A stretch of 64,000 bases of DNA from an uncultured Candidatus Saccharibacteria bacterium (GTDB lineage: Bacteria; Patescibacteriota; Minisyncoccia; Portnoybacterales; UBA2143), in NCBI GenBank assembly GCA_964472495.1, contig CAYYLD010000002.1, positions 27,949 through 91,948 on the forward strand, given 5' to 3'. Both the position numbers and the translations under genes were made by a program. The notes under the pieces are model-generated. The model was not told the origin of the DNA and searched no databases. It saw nothing but the letters and a program-made list of their open reading frames with translations. This document shows positions 49,062-58,885 of this stretch, piece by piece; the first letter of the stretch is position 1, and every line of letters starts with the position of its first letter.

Positions 49062-49183
49062 AAGGGCGTACCTCTCGACCACGACTTGCCTAAAGGGTCG
49101 CCCTCTCGACCACGTCCTTTGCTTCGCAAAGGGCGTGGAATCTCGAGGGCAACCCTCTATGTGGAATCTCGATACACGCCCTT
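49062..49183 (-). repeat. 122-bp REP/MITE-like element, right inverted repeat
   Basis: Reverse complement of 46381-46502 with 6 transitions. Confidence 0.9.
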
Positions 49184-49434
49184 TATACCTTTAACCCCAA
49201 GGCGACTGCTTTGGCGATGCGGCTACTGACCAATGATTCTTTACTGGGAACAACTTTAATTTCCTTCAAGTCAGCTAATTTAACTTTGTTCTTTTTCAAA
49301 AACTTATCAATTTCCGGTAAAATCGTTTCGCTTAATTGATAAAGACCGGGCCATTGATGGCCGGCTATTTTTTTCTGGCCTTTCTTTAAAACCAGCTTTG
49401 GTTCTCTTTTAGATAAGTCAATGACTAAAATCAT
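49183..49434 (-). CDS. Short TsaB (YeaZ)-like protein, N-terminal lobe only
   Basis: MILVIDLS, SETILPEIDKFL, DLKEIKV and S..SSRIAKAVALGL; 83 aa. Confidence 0.6.
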   Translation of the reverse strand: MILVIDLSKREPKLVLKKGQKKIAGHQWPGLYQLSETILPEIDKFLKKNKVKLADLKEIKVVPSKESLVSSRIAKAVALGLKV

Positions 49435-49459
49435 TCTTAACCACTCAAAGGGTCCCTTT

Positions 49460-49687
49460 TTATACGCCCTTGCGCAGAATTTCAAAAATCTTATTTCTTT
49501 GTTTAAACCCCTTGATTAGCTTAATATTCTGCCACGGACATTTAAAATAATCAGCTAAGACATCAATAACTGCTCGGTTGGCTTGGCCTTTAATTGGTTT
49601 TTCTTTAACCCAAACTTCAAGATTGCCCTGTTTTTTGACAACGGCCCGCTTCTTAGAATTGGGAAAAACCTTAACTCTGATTAACAT
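49460..49687 (-). CDS. DUF167 (YggU) family protein
   Basis: VKVFPNSK, PIKGQAN and IKGFKQRNK motifs. Confidence 0.88.
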   Translation of the reverse strand: MLIRVKVFPNSKKRAVVKKQGNLEVWVKEKPIKGQANRAVIDVLADYFKCPWQNIKLIKGFKQRNKIFEILRKGV

Positions 49688-49740
49688 TCTTTTAAAGGCA
49701 ACCCTTAAATCCCGAGGCACACTCTTGTCTTGTCAACTTC

Positions 49741-50121
49741 TCATTTCTTTTTCCTTTTAGCTTCTAATCTTCTGGCTCCTTTCTCATCAAAACCAAAATG
49801 ATGAGCAATTTCATGCCAGACAGTATCCTTGACCAAGGCGATTATTTTCTTATCTGCTTTAGCCAATCTCTCAATCGGCTCCTGAAAAATACTAATTTTG
49901 TCAGGTAGAATATTGCCGAATCCCCGGCCCCAGGTTGTCTGAGGAACGCCCTGATAGAGTCCTAAAAGAGAATTACTTGACCGCAAACCAACTTTGGCCA
50001 ATTGCCCGGCCGAGGCCTTTTCTTCAACAATAACCTCCACATTGTCCATTTTTTGACGGATATGTTCCGGCAACTCCAAAATCGCTTGTTCAACTAACTT
50101 TTCAAAATCAGCTCGTGGCAT
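49741..50121 (-). CDS. Zincin-like metallopeptidase family protein
   Basis: LLGLYQGVP, LPDKISIFQEPI and HEIAHHFG motifs; start placed 7 nt after TAGAAT. Confidence 0.88.
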   Translation of the reverse strand: MPRADFEKLVEQAILELPEHIRQKMDNVEVIVEEKASAGQLAKVGLRSSNSLLGLYQGVPQTTWGRGFGNILPDKISIFQEPIERLAKADKKIIALVKDTVWHEIAHHFGFDEKGARRLEAKRKKK

Positions 50122-50228
50122 ATCCATCATTCTATCAGATTTAATCAATTTATCAAACAAAAAAAGGAGCCCCGGGGGATTAGGACCCTTGACTTAATAA
50201 TTAACCTCAGTTGATTATTATAGGTAAA

Positions 50229-50423
50229 TTATTTTCCTTTTTTCAAGGTCGCTAAAAATTCCTCTTCGGGAAGCCAGGGAGCAATCCGTTTTACTTTTTC
50301 TAAAATTTTCTTCTTCTCCGTTTCGGTTTTAGCCGCCGTTAACTTAGCCCGCAGTCGGCGGTATTGTTTTCGGCGCTTGCGCCGTCGATGAATTTCAGCT
50401 TTCTTTATTTGTCCTCTTTTCAT
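50229..50423 (-). CDS. Small basic protein (DUF6800-like)
   Basis: EIHRRRKRRKQ..LR.KL...KILEKVKRIAP. Confidence 0.6.
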   Translation of the reverse strand: MKRGQIKKAEIHRRRKRRKQYRRLRAKLTAAKTETEKKKILEKVKRIAPWLPEEEFLATLKKGK

Positions 50424-50545
50424 GCAATTATTGACAGTAAATAAAAATAACGATAAGATAAATCATAAAGGATTTGTCCTTTTAAAGCAAAATAAAGGAA
50501 GCAAATTCGTACTAATTTCTGATAATCTAAGAGAAGGAGGGAAAG

Positions 50546-51313
50546 ATGAGAAAGACAAAATTCATCCTCTTACTGCTAGTAATAACCGTAGGGTTTTTGT
50601 CTGTAATCGGATCAGGGACGAGTCAGACAGGGAGATATATCGGTTCTGCCGTGTTTAAGGATCCGCGTGACAAAGAAATTGGTGGCGCTATAGGAGAACT
50701 AATCGGGGCACATCAAGAGCAGAAAAGGAGAGAAGAAGAATTAGAGAAACAGCGTGAACTAGAGAGACAGCAAATGGAGGAACAACGCAGTCTGGAGGAG
50801 AAACGGTTGGCCGAACATCGGAGACAGTTCGACCAAGAACTGGGCCAGAGAAAGGAAGAATTTAATAAACAGATGGGCCAACGTCAGGAGGAATTTGACA
50901 AGGAGATGTTACTGAATAAAAATCGAGAGCAACCGAGAGGTTCTGTAGAAAGAGAATCAAAGAATGAATGTACAAACGACAGCATCTTTTTTGAAGGATC
51001 GAATGGCACCATTCAATTACCTATCCGCAACAAAAAGGATGGCCAGCGCACAGTCTCCCAATTCTGGGGAATATTTGTTGAAAAAATCCATCCTATTTTG
51101 TGGAAGGCTGGTATCAGGCCTGGCGATGTGATCTTCGGCTTCGACTATAAGGCAGTACATTCAAGTAGCCCTAAAGAACGCTTCGATAAGCTATTCCAAA
51201 AAATGCAGGAGAAGATCGATGAAGGAAAAGGAACTATTAAACTTCATTGGTGGAACCGTTCTACTAGAAAAATTGAAGAAGGTTCATTCATACTCAAAAA
51301 GAAAGGAAAATAG
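50546..51313 (+). CDS. Secreted protein with coiled coil and PDZ-like C-terminus (ORFan cassette)
   Basis: Signal peptide; KAGIRPGDVIFGFD; TTGACA (50431), 17 nt, TAAGAT; SD AAGGAGG. Confidence 0.65.
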   Translation: MRKTKFILLLLVITVGFLSVIGSGTSQTGRYIGSAVFKDPRDKEIGGAIGELIGAHQEQKRREEELEKQRELERQQMEEQRSLEEKRLAEHRRQFDQELGQRKEEFNKQMGQRQEEFDKEMLLNKNREQPRGSVERESKNECTNDSIFFEGSNGTIQLPIRNKKDGQRTVSQFWGIFVEKIHPILWKAGIRPGDVIFGFDYKAVHSSSPKERFDKLFQKMQEKIDEGKGTIKLHWWNRSTRKIEEGSFILKKKGK

Positions 51314-51676
51314 ATGAGAAAAATTCTTTTAACGTTAGTCCTGGGTTTTTTATTTATTACCGGGAACTCAGCTATCGCTGGCGACATATACATTAAGGGG
51401 ATCGGGTTTGACGGACGATGCGCCAAAATAGAGTTTGGGAGCACCGAGAACGATACCGATGACCGGGTAGTGATAAGATGTAAGGTCTTCGATAGACAGA
51501 GAAACAGAGAAACCGTCTTCGGAGGTGAAAGACTATTCAGGAATATTTCCGGCTCTGGCTACTTTGTAGAGTTTTGTGGTCGCTCCGTAAATCCCGAGTA
51601 CGCTATCGTCCATGTCCAGGCCTTCCATAATGGAAAATTAGAGGACCAAATGACATGGTCGAGAAGCAGAAGATGA
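51314..51676 (+). CDS. Hypothetical secreted protein
   Basis: Signal peptide ending SAIA; abuts the upstream gene's stop; terminator 51722-51760. Confidence 0.7.
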   Translation: MRKILLTLVLGFLFITGNSAIAGDIYIKGIGFDGRCAKIEFGSTENDTDDRVVIRCKVFDRQRNRETVFGGERLFRNISGSGYFVEFCGRSVNPEYAIVHVQAFHNGKLEDQMTWSRSRR

Positions 51677-51758
51677 GACAGAATTCCGCGACATAGACAA
51701 CTGGATCAACTTGGATTACCTGACCCTTTTGGGCAAATGCTCAAAAGGGTCCTTTTTT

Positions 51759-51956
51759 TTATTTCTCCTGCTGCTCTTCAATAAACTTTCTAATTGACCG
51801 GTCATAGGTCTTTTCCGCTTCCTTGGAAAAAAGACAAGCCGGTAATTCGCCTCTCTGCCAATGGTATTTAATACACTGACAACAAAGCCCTTTCTTATCA
51901 CAGCCGGGATAAGTGCAGGGACAATCTTTCAAATTTTCTCCTTGTCGACACTCCAT
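51759..51956 (-). CDS. Small Cys-rich protein (DUF6485-like)
   Basis: [17 protein letters not shown]....LPAC.F...E.TYDRS; leaderless TATAAT-6-ATG. Confidence 0.8.
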   Translation of the reverse strand: MECRQGENLKDCPCTYPGCDKKGLCCQCIKYHWQRGELPACLFSKEAEKTYDRSIRKFIEEQQEK

Positions 51957-52057
51957 AATCAGATTATAGCATAAAAAGGGGCGCTTCCAAAATGAAGTGC
52001 CCTATTAATCTCTTCTCTTATTTCCACGCCATTCCTTCTCCTTTCGGTTCACTATCT

Positions 52058-52270
52058 CTACTCTTCCACTAAAACCACGTCTTTAATTCTATCCATTGGC
52101 CAGTGTTCTTGTCTGTTCTCGCCAGGAACCCCAATAACGTTGAGTGTAACCGTATCTGTTATTTTATCAAGCTTCCCCATATCAGCCAAGAAACTCTCTT
52201 CTTCGTTATTAGCAGGTAAAACCAATACCGCTTCTCCTTCTAAAGACAAAACTTTTTCTCTAATATTCAT
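52058..52270 (-). CDS. Hypothetical protein (ORFan cassette)
   Basis: SD GGGAGG before ATG 52270; TTGACG promoter ~52345; terminator ~51976-52003. Confidence 0.65.
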   Translation of the reverse strand: MNIREKVLSLEGEAVLVLPANNEEESFLADMGKLDKITDTVTLNVIGVPGENRQEHWPMDRIKDVVLVEE

Positions 52271-52432
52271 AATTATTCCTCCCTTCGGATAGCAAAGAAC
52301 TTCTCTAATTGATTTAATTACAGCATAAATAGATGTATTCGTCAAATAGAAAACTGCTTCAAAAAGCAATTTGTTTTCTCAAACAAAAGCAATTTCTTTC
52401 TTTAAGAAATATATTTATCCCAAATATGCGTT

Positions 52433-52897
52433 TTATCTATTCAAACTCCAAACCATGTAAGTCAGGTAAGTAGCAAAAGTAACCCAGCCGCCATAAGGAA
52501 TCAATAACCAGGCGGCCCGGCCGGAGAGCGGCCAGATTAAAATAATTAAAACCAAGACCGAAAGACCAAGCAAGCCGGCTTCCCAGACGGCCGGCCCAAT
52601 TAAATGTTGATTAAAGAAAAGGAAGCTCCAGAAAATATTTAGAAGAGCATTAATCAGAAAGATAATAATAATCCACCAAAAGCGGCCTTGATGAGGTACT
52701 TTGTTCCAGACAATCAGCGCTGAAATAGCGCCTAAAATAAAAATGACTGTCCAGGCAAAACCAATCACCGACCCTGGCGGCGTCCAAGCGGGCAATTTGA
52801 TCGTCCGATACCAATCCAGGCCACTTTTGGTCAGCCAACTTCCCAACCAAGCCACCCCTAAAGTAATTAATGGAATAACCAAATAATTTAATTTCAT
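52433..52897 (-). CDS. tspO: TspO/MBR tryptophan-rich sensory protein
   Basis: WY..IKLPAWTPP, LNIFWSFLFF and LLIPYGGWVTFATYL motifs. Confidence 0.92.
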   Translation of the reverse strand: MKLNYLVIPLITLGVAWLGSWLTKSGLDWYRTIKLPAWTPPGSVIGFAWTVIFILGAISALIVWNKVPHQGRFWWIIIIFLINALLNIFWSFLFFNQHLIGPAVWEAGLLGLSVLVLIILIWPLSGRAAWLLIPYGGWVTFATYLTYMVWSLNR

Positions 52898-52933
52898 AAT
52901 TTCATCTAATTTCTGGTTTCTGATGAGGTTTGA

Positions 52934-53701
52934 CTATTTTTTATCAGCCGTCGGTAATTCTTTGCCCATTTTCTCAAAAGCTCTTAAAATTTCCAAGGGC
53001 ACCGCAAAGACAATCGTATTGGACTGGTCGGAACTAATATCATTAATTGACTGAAGGGTCCTTAGATGGAGGGCGCCTTTAGCTTCGGACAAAGTCCGGG
53101 CCGCCTTAGCCATATTATTAGCGGCCATGACTTCACCCTCGGCTTTAATGATAATGGCCCGTTTCTCCCGCTCGGCTTCGGCTTGCTTGCCAATAACCCG
53201 CTTCATTTCTTCAGGCAAAGTAATATCTTTTAATTCTACATTATCAACTTTAATTCCCCAAGGGTCACTCGCCCTATCAATTATCAGCCTGATACTTTCA
53301 GAGACCTTATCTCTTTGTGAAAGCAGTTCGTCTAAATCCACTTGACCGACCGCATTACGCATGGTTGTCTGGGCTAATTGAGAAATGGCATAATAAAAAT
53401 CCTCTACTTCCAAGATCACCTTATCCGCTTCAGCTACCTTGTAATAAATGACTGCGTTAACGCTGACCGAAATATTGTCTTTGGTAATCGCTTCCTGATT
53501 AGGCACGTCAACTGCCTTAACTCTTAAATCCACTTTTTTGTAAGACTGAATAATCGGGAAAACCAATCGCCAACCCGGATTCATCAAACCAATATACTTG
53601 CCCAACATAAATTTAACCCCTTTTTGATACTGGGTAATCTGCTTGATTGAAATTAAGATAATAAAAAGAATTATTCCTAAAATTATCCAGATTGTATCCA
53701 C
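52934..53701 (-). CDS. SPFH/stomatin-like (slipin) protein
   Basis: VDLRV, ITKDN, AQTTMR and QAEAERE motifs; GTG start. Confidence 0.93.
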   Translation of the reverse strand: MDTIWIILGIILFIILISIKQITQYQKGVKFMLGKYIGLMNPGWRLVFPIIQSYKKVDLRVKAVDVPNQEAITKDNISVSVNAVIYYKVAEADKVILEVEDFYYAISQLAQTTMRNAVGQVDLDELLSQRDKVSESIRLIIDRASDPWGIKVDNVELKDITLPEEMKRVIGKQAEAEREKRAIIIKAEGEVMAANNMAKAARTLSEAKGALHLRTLQSINDISSDQSNTIVFAVPLEILRAFEKMGKELPTADKK

Positions 53702-53862
53702 TCTATTCTCACCCCCTTTCTCTTAATCATTTTTTAACTACCTATTCTATTATAGCAAAAATAGACCAGCCGGCAACCCAGGCAACAAAAAAGCCCTGCT
53801 GGCAGCTTGTCAGCAGGACATATTTTAGATAAATAGTTAGTTCGTGGGCATTTCGGAAGCAT

Positions 53863-54600
53863 CTAGTCGAAATACATTGCCAATCTGGCAACTAGGAAGC
53901 TGCCTGGTTCCAGAAGAATCCCCTCTGGGGTATTGAAGTCATCTGGATGAGACAAAAGTGGCTCGACGCAGACATATCCCGACTTCCAATCCGTCCATAT
54001 ACATATCTGACCGTCCTCAAACCCTTGAAATGGACACATTCTAACCTTTCCGACACCGAATAAATTGATTTCAATCTCACTACTGGCCTCAAATATCTCG
54101 GAACCGTATGGCCGGTCGACATAGATAGGTTCAATACCCTGACCAAGGAAAATAATTTCTGCTCCTTCAGGAGCAGAAAAGTACGGATGCCAAGCGAACT
54201 CGAAAGGAACTGGAGTGGCCAGTCTGTTCTCAACGCTGACAGTTATCCCCAGAGAATTCTTATCCAAAAGGTAGCTGACTTTGTAATCCAATTGGTAGCC
54301 GAACTGCCTGAACTCACAAATATACTCAACGTCAGTCAGCCGTTCCGCAACATCAACAAGCTGCCAATAAACATCTCTCAATCCACCATGCTGAGGAATG
54401 GTAGCAAATCGACCATTCTTCTTTTTGCCGAAAATTGGTGAGCAGAGATGCATCCCTCCCCGGACTAAATCCTTACCCCCTTCTCCTTTGATAACTTGCT
54501 GCGGAAAGAAAAAATCCTTTCCGTCTTTCTCTAAGTTGGTGATTCTCGCGCCCATAGCCAGGGTTTCTATACTTAATATTTCATTATAAGAGTACAACAT
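53863..54600 (-). CDS. Aldose 1-epimerase/galactose mutarotase-like protein
   Basis: RGGMHLCSPIFG, QHG, AWHPYF and YVCVEP motifs. Confidence 0.8.
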   Translation of the reverse strand: MLYSYNEILSIETLAMGARITNLEKDGKDFFFPQQVIKGEGGKDLVRGGMHLCSPIFGKKKNGRFATIPQHGGLRDVYWQLVDVAERLTDVEYICEFRQFGYQLDYKVSYLLDKNSLGITVSVENRLATPVPFEFAWHPYFSAPEGAEIIFLGQGIEPIYVDRPYGSEIFEASSEIEINLFGVGKVRMCPFQGFEDGQICIWTDWKSGYVCVEPLLSHPDDFNTPEGILLEPGSFLVARLAMYFD

Positions 54601-54713
54601 ATGGCCCTCCTTACATTTCTTGAATTGGCATTAATTGTTAGTGAACAAATTTCTAAACTAAAACAAGCGTACCACAGAAATATGTTTATGTCAATCCTTT
54701 CGACAGACTAGTT

Positions 54714-55418
54714 CTACAAATCTATCTCAATTTCTGGCTTATCTTTGTTAAGCAAGTCAGTGGTTGCTTTGGCCTGACATTGTTCAGTCAGCAAATTAGC
54801 CAATTCATCTCTGGCTCGTTCAATAAGCGATGATGGAGCTGGATCAATGCCGTCAAGATTAATGACAATTTTTTTAGTTTCTTCGGTAAGCTTGGTAAAA
54901 TCCCCGTTGCGCCAGTTCCATTTTCGGCACATCACATTCAAGGTTTTATCGTCAAAGTAAATTACTTCGTTGGGCTCGGGATTTTCCTTATCTTGAGTGC
55001 CTAAAGGAATAAATATCTCATTGCCCTTAGCCAGACTGAGCCGCAGATTGCCTTCTATCTTTTCAACATCATCACCGCCGCAGGGGAGCAGATATTTGAT
55101 GGAGATATAATTGAATAAAGCGACTACCGAGTTTATAAAAGGCAGACCGCCGCCCTTGGCAATTCTCGCCAGTAGCGATTTAATGGAAGGCAAAAATTGA
55201 TTTGGATTAGAGCCGAATTTCAAATGGACCTCATCCCAGGCTTTGACTAATTCATGCTCCACTAAATTTTGACCCATTTTTTCTTCTATTTCTTTGTTCA
55301 AGAGCTTCTTAATTCTTTTATTGCCTGGAGCGTTGACTATCTCGCTGACGATAATAATCCCTCGGTTAAAGCTGGGAAATTGATTAAAAATTTCCTGGTC
55401 AATAATAATTTTTCTCAT
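54714..55418 (-). CDS. B3/B4 domain protein (PheT-like tRNA-editing domain)
   Basis: PSIKSLL.R, LPFINSVV..FNYIS, GGDD and CRKWNWR motifs. Confidence 0.88.
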   Translation of the reverse strand: MRKIIIDQEIFNQFPSFNRGIIIVSEIVNAPGNKRIKKLLNKEIEEKMGQNLVEHELVKAWDEVHLKFGSNPNQFLPSIKSLLARIAKGGGLPFINSVVALFNYISIKYLLPCGGDDVEKIEGNLRLSLAKGNEIFIPLGTQDKENPEPNEVIYFDDKTLNVMCRKWNWRNGDFTKLTEETKKIVINLDGIDPAPSSLIERARDELANLLTEQCQAKATTDLLNKDKPEIEIDL

Positions 55419-55428
55419 TGTCTTAATT

Positions 55429-55767
55429 TCAACAAGTTAAATGCAGAGCGGCTATAACTTTTTTCCGGTCAGCCAGCTGATTGTAAATCTCAACTGCTTT
55501 GGCGGTTGGCTCGGCCATCAACTCAATCCCCTCTTGAGCCAAATATTCCTTGGTTTCTTCCATCACCTCAACCAATCCGGAGTCACCGGTGCCAATAACC
55601 AAAACAGCCGGCTTTTCCTTAACCGCTTCTTTAATATCTTCCGGGTAAACTTTATGGCCTTCCCGGCGCCACCACTTTTCCAGCCGCTCTGGATAAATAA
55701 TCACGTCGTGCCGATATTCCTTCCCCTCAACCTTAATTTGCCCAAATTGATAACCATCTATCCGCAT
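55429..55767 (-). CDS. Mth938-like domain protein
   Basis: YQFG...Y.HDVII, LVIGTG and AALHLTC motifs. Confidence 0.9.
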   Translation of the reverse strand: MRIDGYQFGQIKVEGKEYRHDVIIYPERLEKWWRREGHKVYPEDIKEAVKEKPAVLVIGTGDSGLVEVMEETKEYLAQEGIELMAEPTAKAVEIYNQLADRKKVIAALHLTC

Positions 55768-55891
55768 ACCATTCTATTGTATCAAAAAACCGCCTCTTTG
55801 GCGATTTTTGAAATATAAATAATTTATCTTTAAAAAAATAAGGGCCAGATTTTTTGTGTCTAACCCTCTCCGTTCTTAAGAAAGCCTTGTT

Positions 55892-56095
55892 TTAAAAGCA
55901 ATCAGGGCAATAAAATTTGCCTTCTCTTTCCCTAAGGTGTTTGTTTAGGGTGACCCGCTTGCATCCGGTACATCGTTTACCGTCCTCTCCTAACAAAACA
56001 GCTACATCATCTCTTATCCCATCCTGAGGACCCCATGGATTGGATTTGTCAGGAAAAGGCTCATTCGGCGTCGGTTGTCTAGTCCCAAAGCCCAT
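55892..56095 (-). CDS. Small CxxC...CxxC zinc-finger-like protein
   Basis: CTGC and CPDC; SD AAAGGAGG. Confidence 0.65.
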   Translation of the reverse strand: MGFGTRQPTPNEPFPDKSNPWGPQDGIRDDVAVLLGEDGKRCTGCKRVTLNKHLREREGKFYCPDCF

Positions 56096-56147
56096 AATCA
56101 TCCCTCCTTTCATTAATAAAGTTTACCTGATTAAGTACGATTTTCTC

Positions 56148-56474
56148 TTAACTGCCACCGGGCCGGCGTGATTTGTCCATTTGGCGCGCCTTTTCAGCTA
56201 TCTCTACTATCAGCTTGGCTGCTTCTTTCGAGCTAATCCGTTTTCTCTCAACTTCCCTGATTAGAAGAATTGCCTCTTCGTAAAAAGACAGTAAAGTCGT
56301 GATGAAAACCAGAATATCAATATCTGTCTTCAGAACCTCAATCGCCTTTGCTTTAGCGATTTCTGCCTTTTCATCGACCTCGGCTACCATCAGGGTCTCT
56401 ATATAGGCCTGGATAAAATCGATCAGTTTTTGCTTAGCTTCAGGGCTAAGCGATTTTGAATATAGTTCAGTCAT
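56148..56474 (-). CDS. Hypothetical helical protein (ORFan cassette)
   Basis: SD AAAGGAGG; promoter at 56608-56580. Confidence 0.65.
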   Translation of the reverse strand: MTELYSKSLSPEAKQKLIDFIQAYIETLMVAEVDEKAEIAKAKAIEVLKTDIDILVFITTLLSFYEEAILLIREVERKRISSKEAAKLIVEIAEKARQMDKSRRPGGS

Positions 56475-56727
56475 TCCTTCCTCCTTTCGTCAAGACGAAC
56501 ACGATACTTATACTTTTATTATTATTTTAAGGTACATTTCCTTTCCTTCAGACAAATTTTAATTTCAGCCAATTAAAAAAAGCATACCACAGAGCACACT
56601 TTTGTCAATGATTGAATTGTATTTTCACTCTGCCAAAAAACCGCCTCAGGCACGAAATTCTTAAGATTTTTTATTTTCCCAAATTTTTGGCTGCGCTGGT
56701 AATTCGAAATTAGGCATCGTATTTTTA

Positions 56728-57483
56728 TCAACCAGTCTTCTCACCAATCAACTTCCTATATTCACAATACTCGCAATTCTGGCCGGCGGCCGGAATTTGC
56801 TCGGAATCCAGGCACTTTTTAATTTCCAAAAGAGTCGGTTCAATCCATCTATCATCTCCCTGATGAGGAATAATCATTAATTCGAACTCCAGCCGGCCGT
56901 CAAATTGAGGCCGGTTTTTCCCGGCATTGGCAAAAACAAAATAGCCGGTCGGCGAAACCTTAAAACCCTTTTTCCGGAAAATCCATTGATAAATTTCCAT
57001 CTGTTGTTTATAACTCTGTTTGTATTCATCCTCTAGGGATATCTCCTTGCTGGTGCTGGTTGCTTTATAGTCAACAATCAAAAGTTCCTTGTCTTTATTA
57101 ATCCAAACATCATCAATAATGCCGCAAATTTCCAGATTAGTTGGCTGGTCTAAAACACAAGCCCCGACATATTGATAAACATCATCCCGCCAAATAGGCA
57201 AATCCGGATGTTTAAAGGGTACCGCGTCAATCTTGTATTTCTTCATCAGCTCATGGGCCTCGCCATTCTTGCGCAATAAATCAAATTCATTCTTCAAAAG
57301 CTGGTCCACAGCCGAGTTCAAAGGCCAGCCAGGCATACTCGGCCGGCTCAGACCGATTCTTCTGTCTATATAAAAACAGCGGGGACACTCTAAAAACATG
57401 CTAATCTTTGACCGACTAATCCTAAAAGGATTCTTTGCCCCCGGCTGATAAAGATTATTTTCTCTCTGTCGGTATTTGTTCAT
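56728..57483 (-). CDS. PD-(D/E)XK nuclease (Cas4-like, Fe-S cysteines)
   Basis: SRSK...F.ECPRCFY, GIIDD, VDYKAT, QMEIY and CEYC motifs. Confidence 0.88.
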   Translation of the reverse strand: MNKYRQRENNLYQPGAKNPFRISRSKISMFLECPRCFYIDRRIGLSRPSMPGWPLNSAVDQLLKNEFDLLRKNGEAHELMKKYKIDAVPFKHPDLPIWRDDVYQYVGACVLDQPTNLEICGIIDDVWINKDKELLIVDYKATSTSKEISLEDEYKQSYKQQMEIYQWIFRKKGFKVSPTGYFVFANAGKNRPQFDGRLEFELMIIPHQGDDRWIEPTLLEIKKCLDSEQIPAAGQNCEYCEYRKLIGEKTG

Positions 57484-57531
57484 AATTTTTTAGTTCTATT
57501 TACTATTCCGGCTCGCCGGCTCGCCCTAAAA

Positions 57532-57837
57532 TTATAACCAGATAATTAAAAAACCGGCCAGGCCAATAACTATATCCCAAATTTTATCAAGGGTCGACTC
57601 TCTTCTGAAAAGATAGTTGGAAATAGCCAGTTCGAAAAACTCATAAGCTATTAATATGACTAGAACTAGCAACCAGGCGTAGTCAACAAAAATACAATGG
57701 GAGAAAACAAACCCCAAAATCAATCCGGAAGTAAAATGGACAAAGCTCCATCTATCCAGATAAAAATACTTTTTCTGACAGATGATTTTAGCCATCCATC
57801 TTTGCAGCCGATTGGAAAATACTGGTCTTTCACCCAT
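57532..57837 (-). CDS. Small membrane protein
   Basis: DRWSFVHF..G, YEFFE and ES..DKIWD pattern; TATAAT-7-ATG supports start 57837. Confidence 0.7.
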   Translation of the reverse strand: MGERPVFSNRLQRWMAKIICQKKYFYLDRWSFVHFTSGLILGFVFSHCIFVDYAWLLVLVILIAYEFFELAISNYLFRRESTLDKIWDIVIGLAGFLIIWL

Positions 57838-57983
57838 GTTTGCTATTATATCAGAAAACCGCCGCTCGGCCAAAGATTAATCAGTGGTTTTTAGCATATA
57901 AAAAAGGAGTCGCTAAAGAAAATAGCAACCCCATTGTTCGGCCTTAAACCATAGCCAATACCTCCGATGAATATCGTGAGCAG

Positions 57984-58235
57984 TCACTGCTCTAAATGTT
58001 TCTCTACTATCTTCTTTATCTTTGGCAGCTTATCGTCCCAGAAATTCCAATTGTTACCAGATTCGGTGACGATTGATATCTCTCTGAATGAACCGGGCTC
58101 CGTAGAGAAACATATAACCCCTTCAATACTCTTATCTATCTCTTCTATTATCTCAGCCGCCATCTGAACAGGCACCTCTTCGTTAAAAATAACCTTTGCC
58201 CTGTCGAGGACAACACTATAATTTCCTTCTGACAT
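57984..58235 (-). CDS. Hypothetical protein (ORFan cassette)
   Basis: SD AAGGAGGG; promoter 58348-58319; terminator ~57900-57933. Confidence 0.65.
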   Translation of the reverse strand: MSEGNYSVVLDRAKVIFNEEVPVQMAAEIIEEIDKSIEGVICFSTEPGSFREISIVTESGNNWNFWDDKLPKIKKIVEKHLEQ

Positions 58236-58404
58236 TTTTATTCCCTCCTTTTTTTATTTTTTTTCTGTCCTTTTTTAGAACCAAAAAATGTTAGCGAACT
58301 GAATTTATCAATTAAAATAAGCATGCCATAGAAGCATGCTCGTGTCAATATCTCGTTGGGACATTCACTAGTGATTCCATTTTCTGTAAAACCTACTTAT
58401 ACTT

Positions 58405-58746
58405 TTATTTTAATCTAAAAACAATCAAACCGAGTTTATCAATTTTTTCCCTATAATCCGGAAAACTGAAATAAACTTTTTTCATCTGCTCAATTGAATC
58501 AACAAAAGGCATAATCTTTTTAAAATCAATCGTCTTGGTCATTTCTTCAATCGTTTTATAGTATTCAACCTTTTTCACCTTTTTCTCCAATTTTTCATTA
58601 CCGCAGACAAAAACCAAAATATCACCCTCTTTTATTTTACGGTACGCATTTATGGCTGCCCGGCTCTCAATTGTTTTCCGCCCTTCCTTGATTGCCCCAA
58701 AAAAAACCTTATCCACCTGCCTTATTTTTAAACTATGCTTTTTCAT
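58405..58746 (-). CDS. ASCH/PUA-like domain protein
   Basis: FGAIKEGRKTIESR and IKEGDILVF motifs. Confidence 0.85.
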   Translation of the reverse strand: MKKHSLKIRQVDKVFFGAIKEGRKTIESRAAINAYRKIKEGDILVFVCGNEKLEKKVKKVEYYKTIEEMTKTIDFKKIMPFVDSIEQMKKVYFSFPDYREKIDKLGLIVFRLK

Positions 58747-58885
58747 TATTCTATCTTACCAAAAAACCGCCCCTTTGGCGATTTCTTTTAAAAAAAGGAG
58801 CTTATTTGTTAAATTAAAAAGCAGGGACATTGTCTAATATCCCCGCTAACAAATCTTCGGTCAATGACGGCAAGTGCTATGGTTA

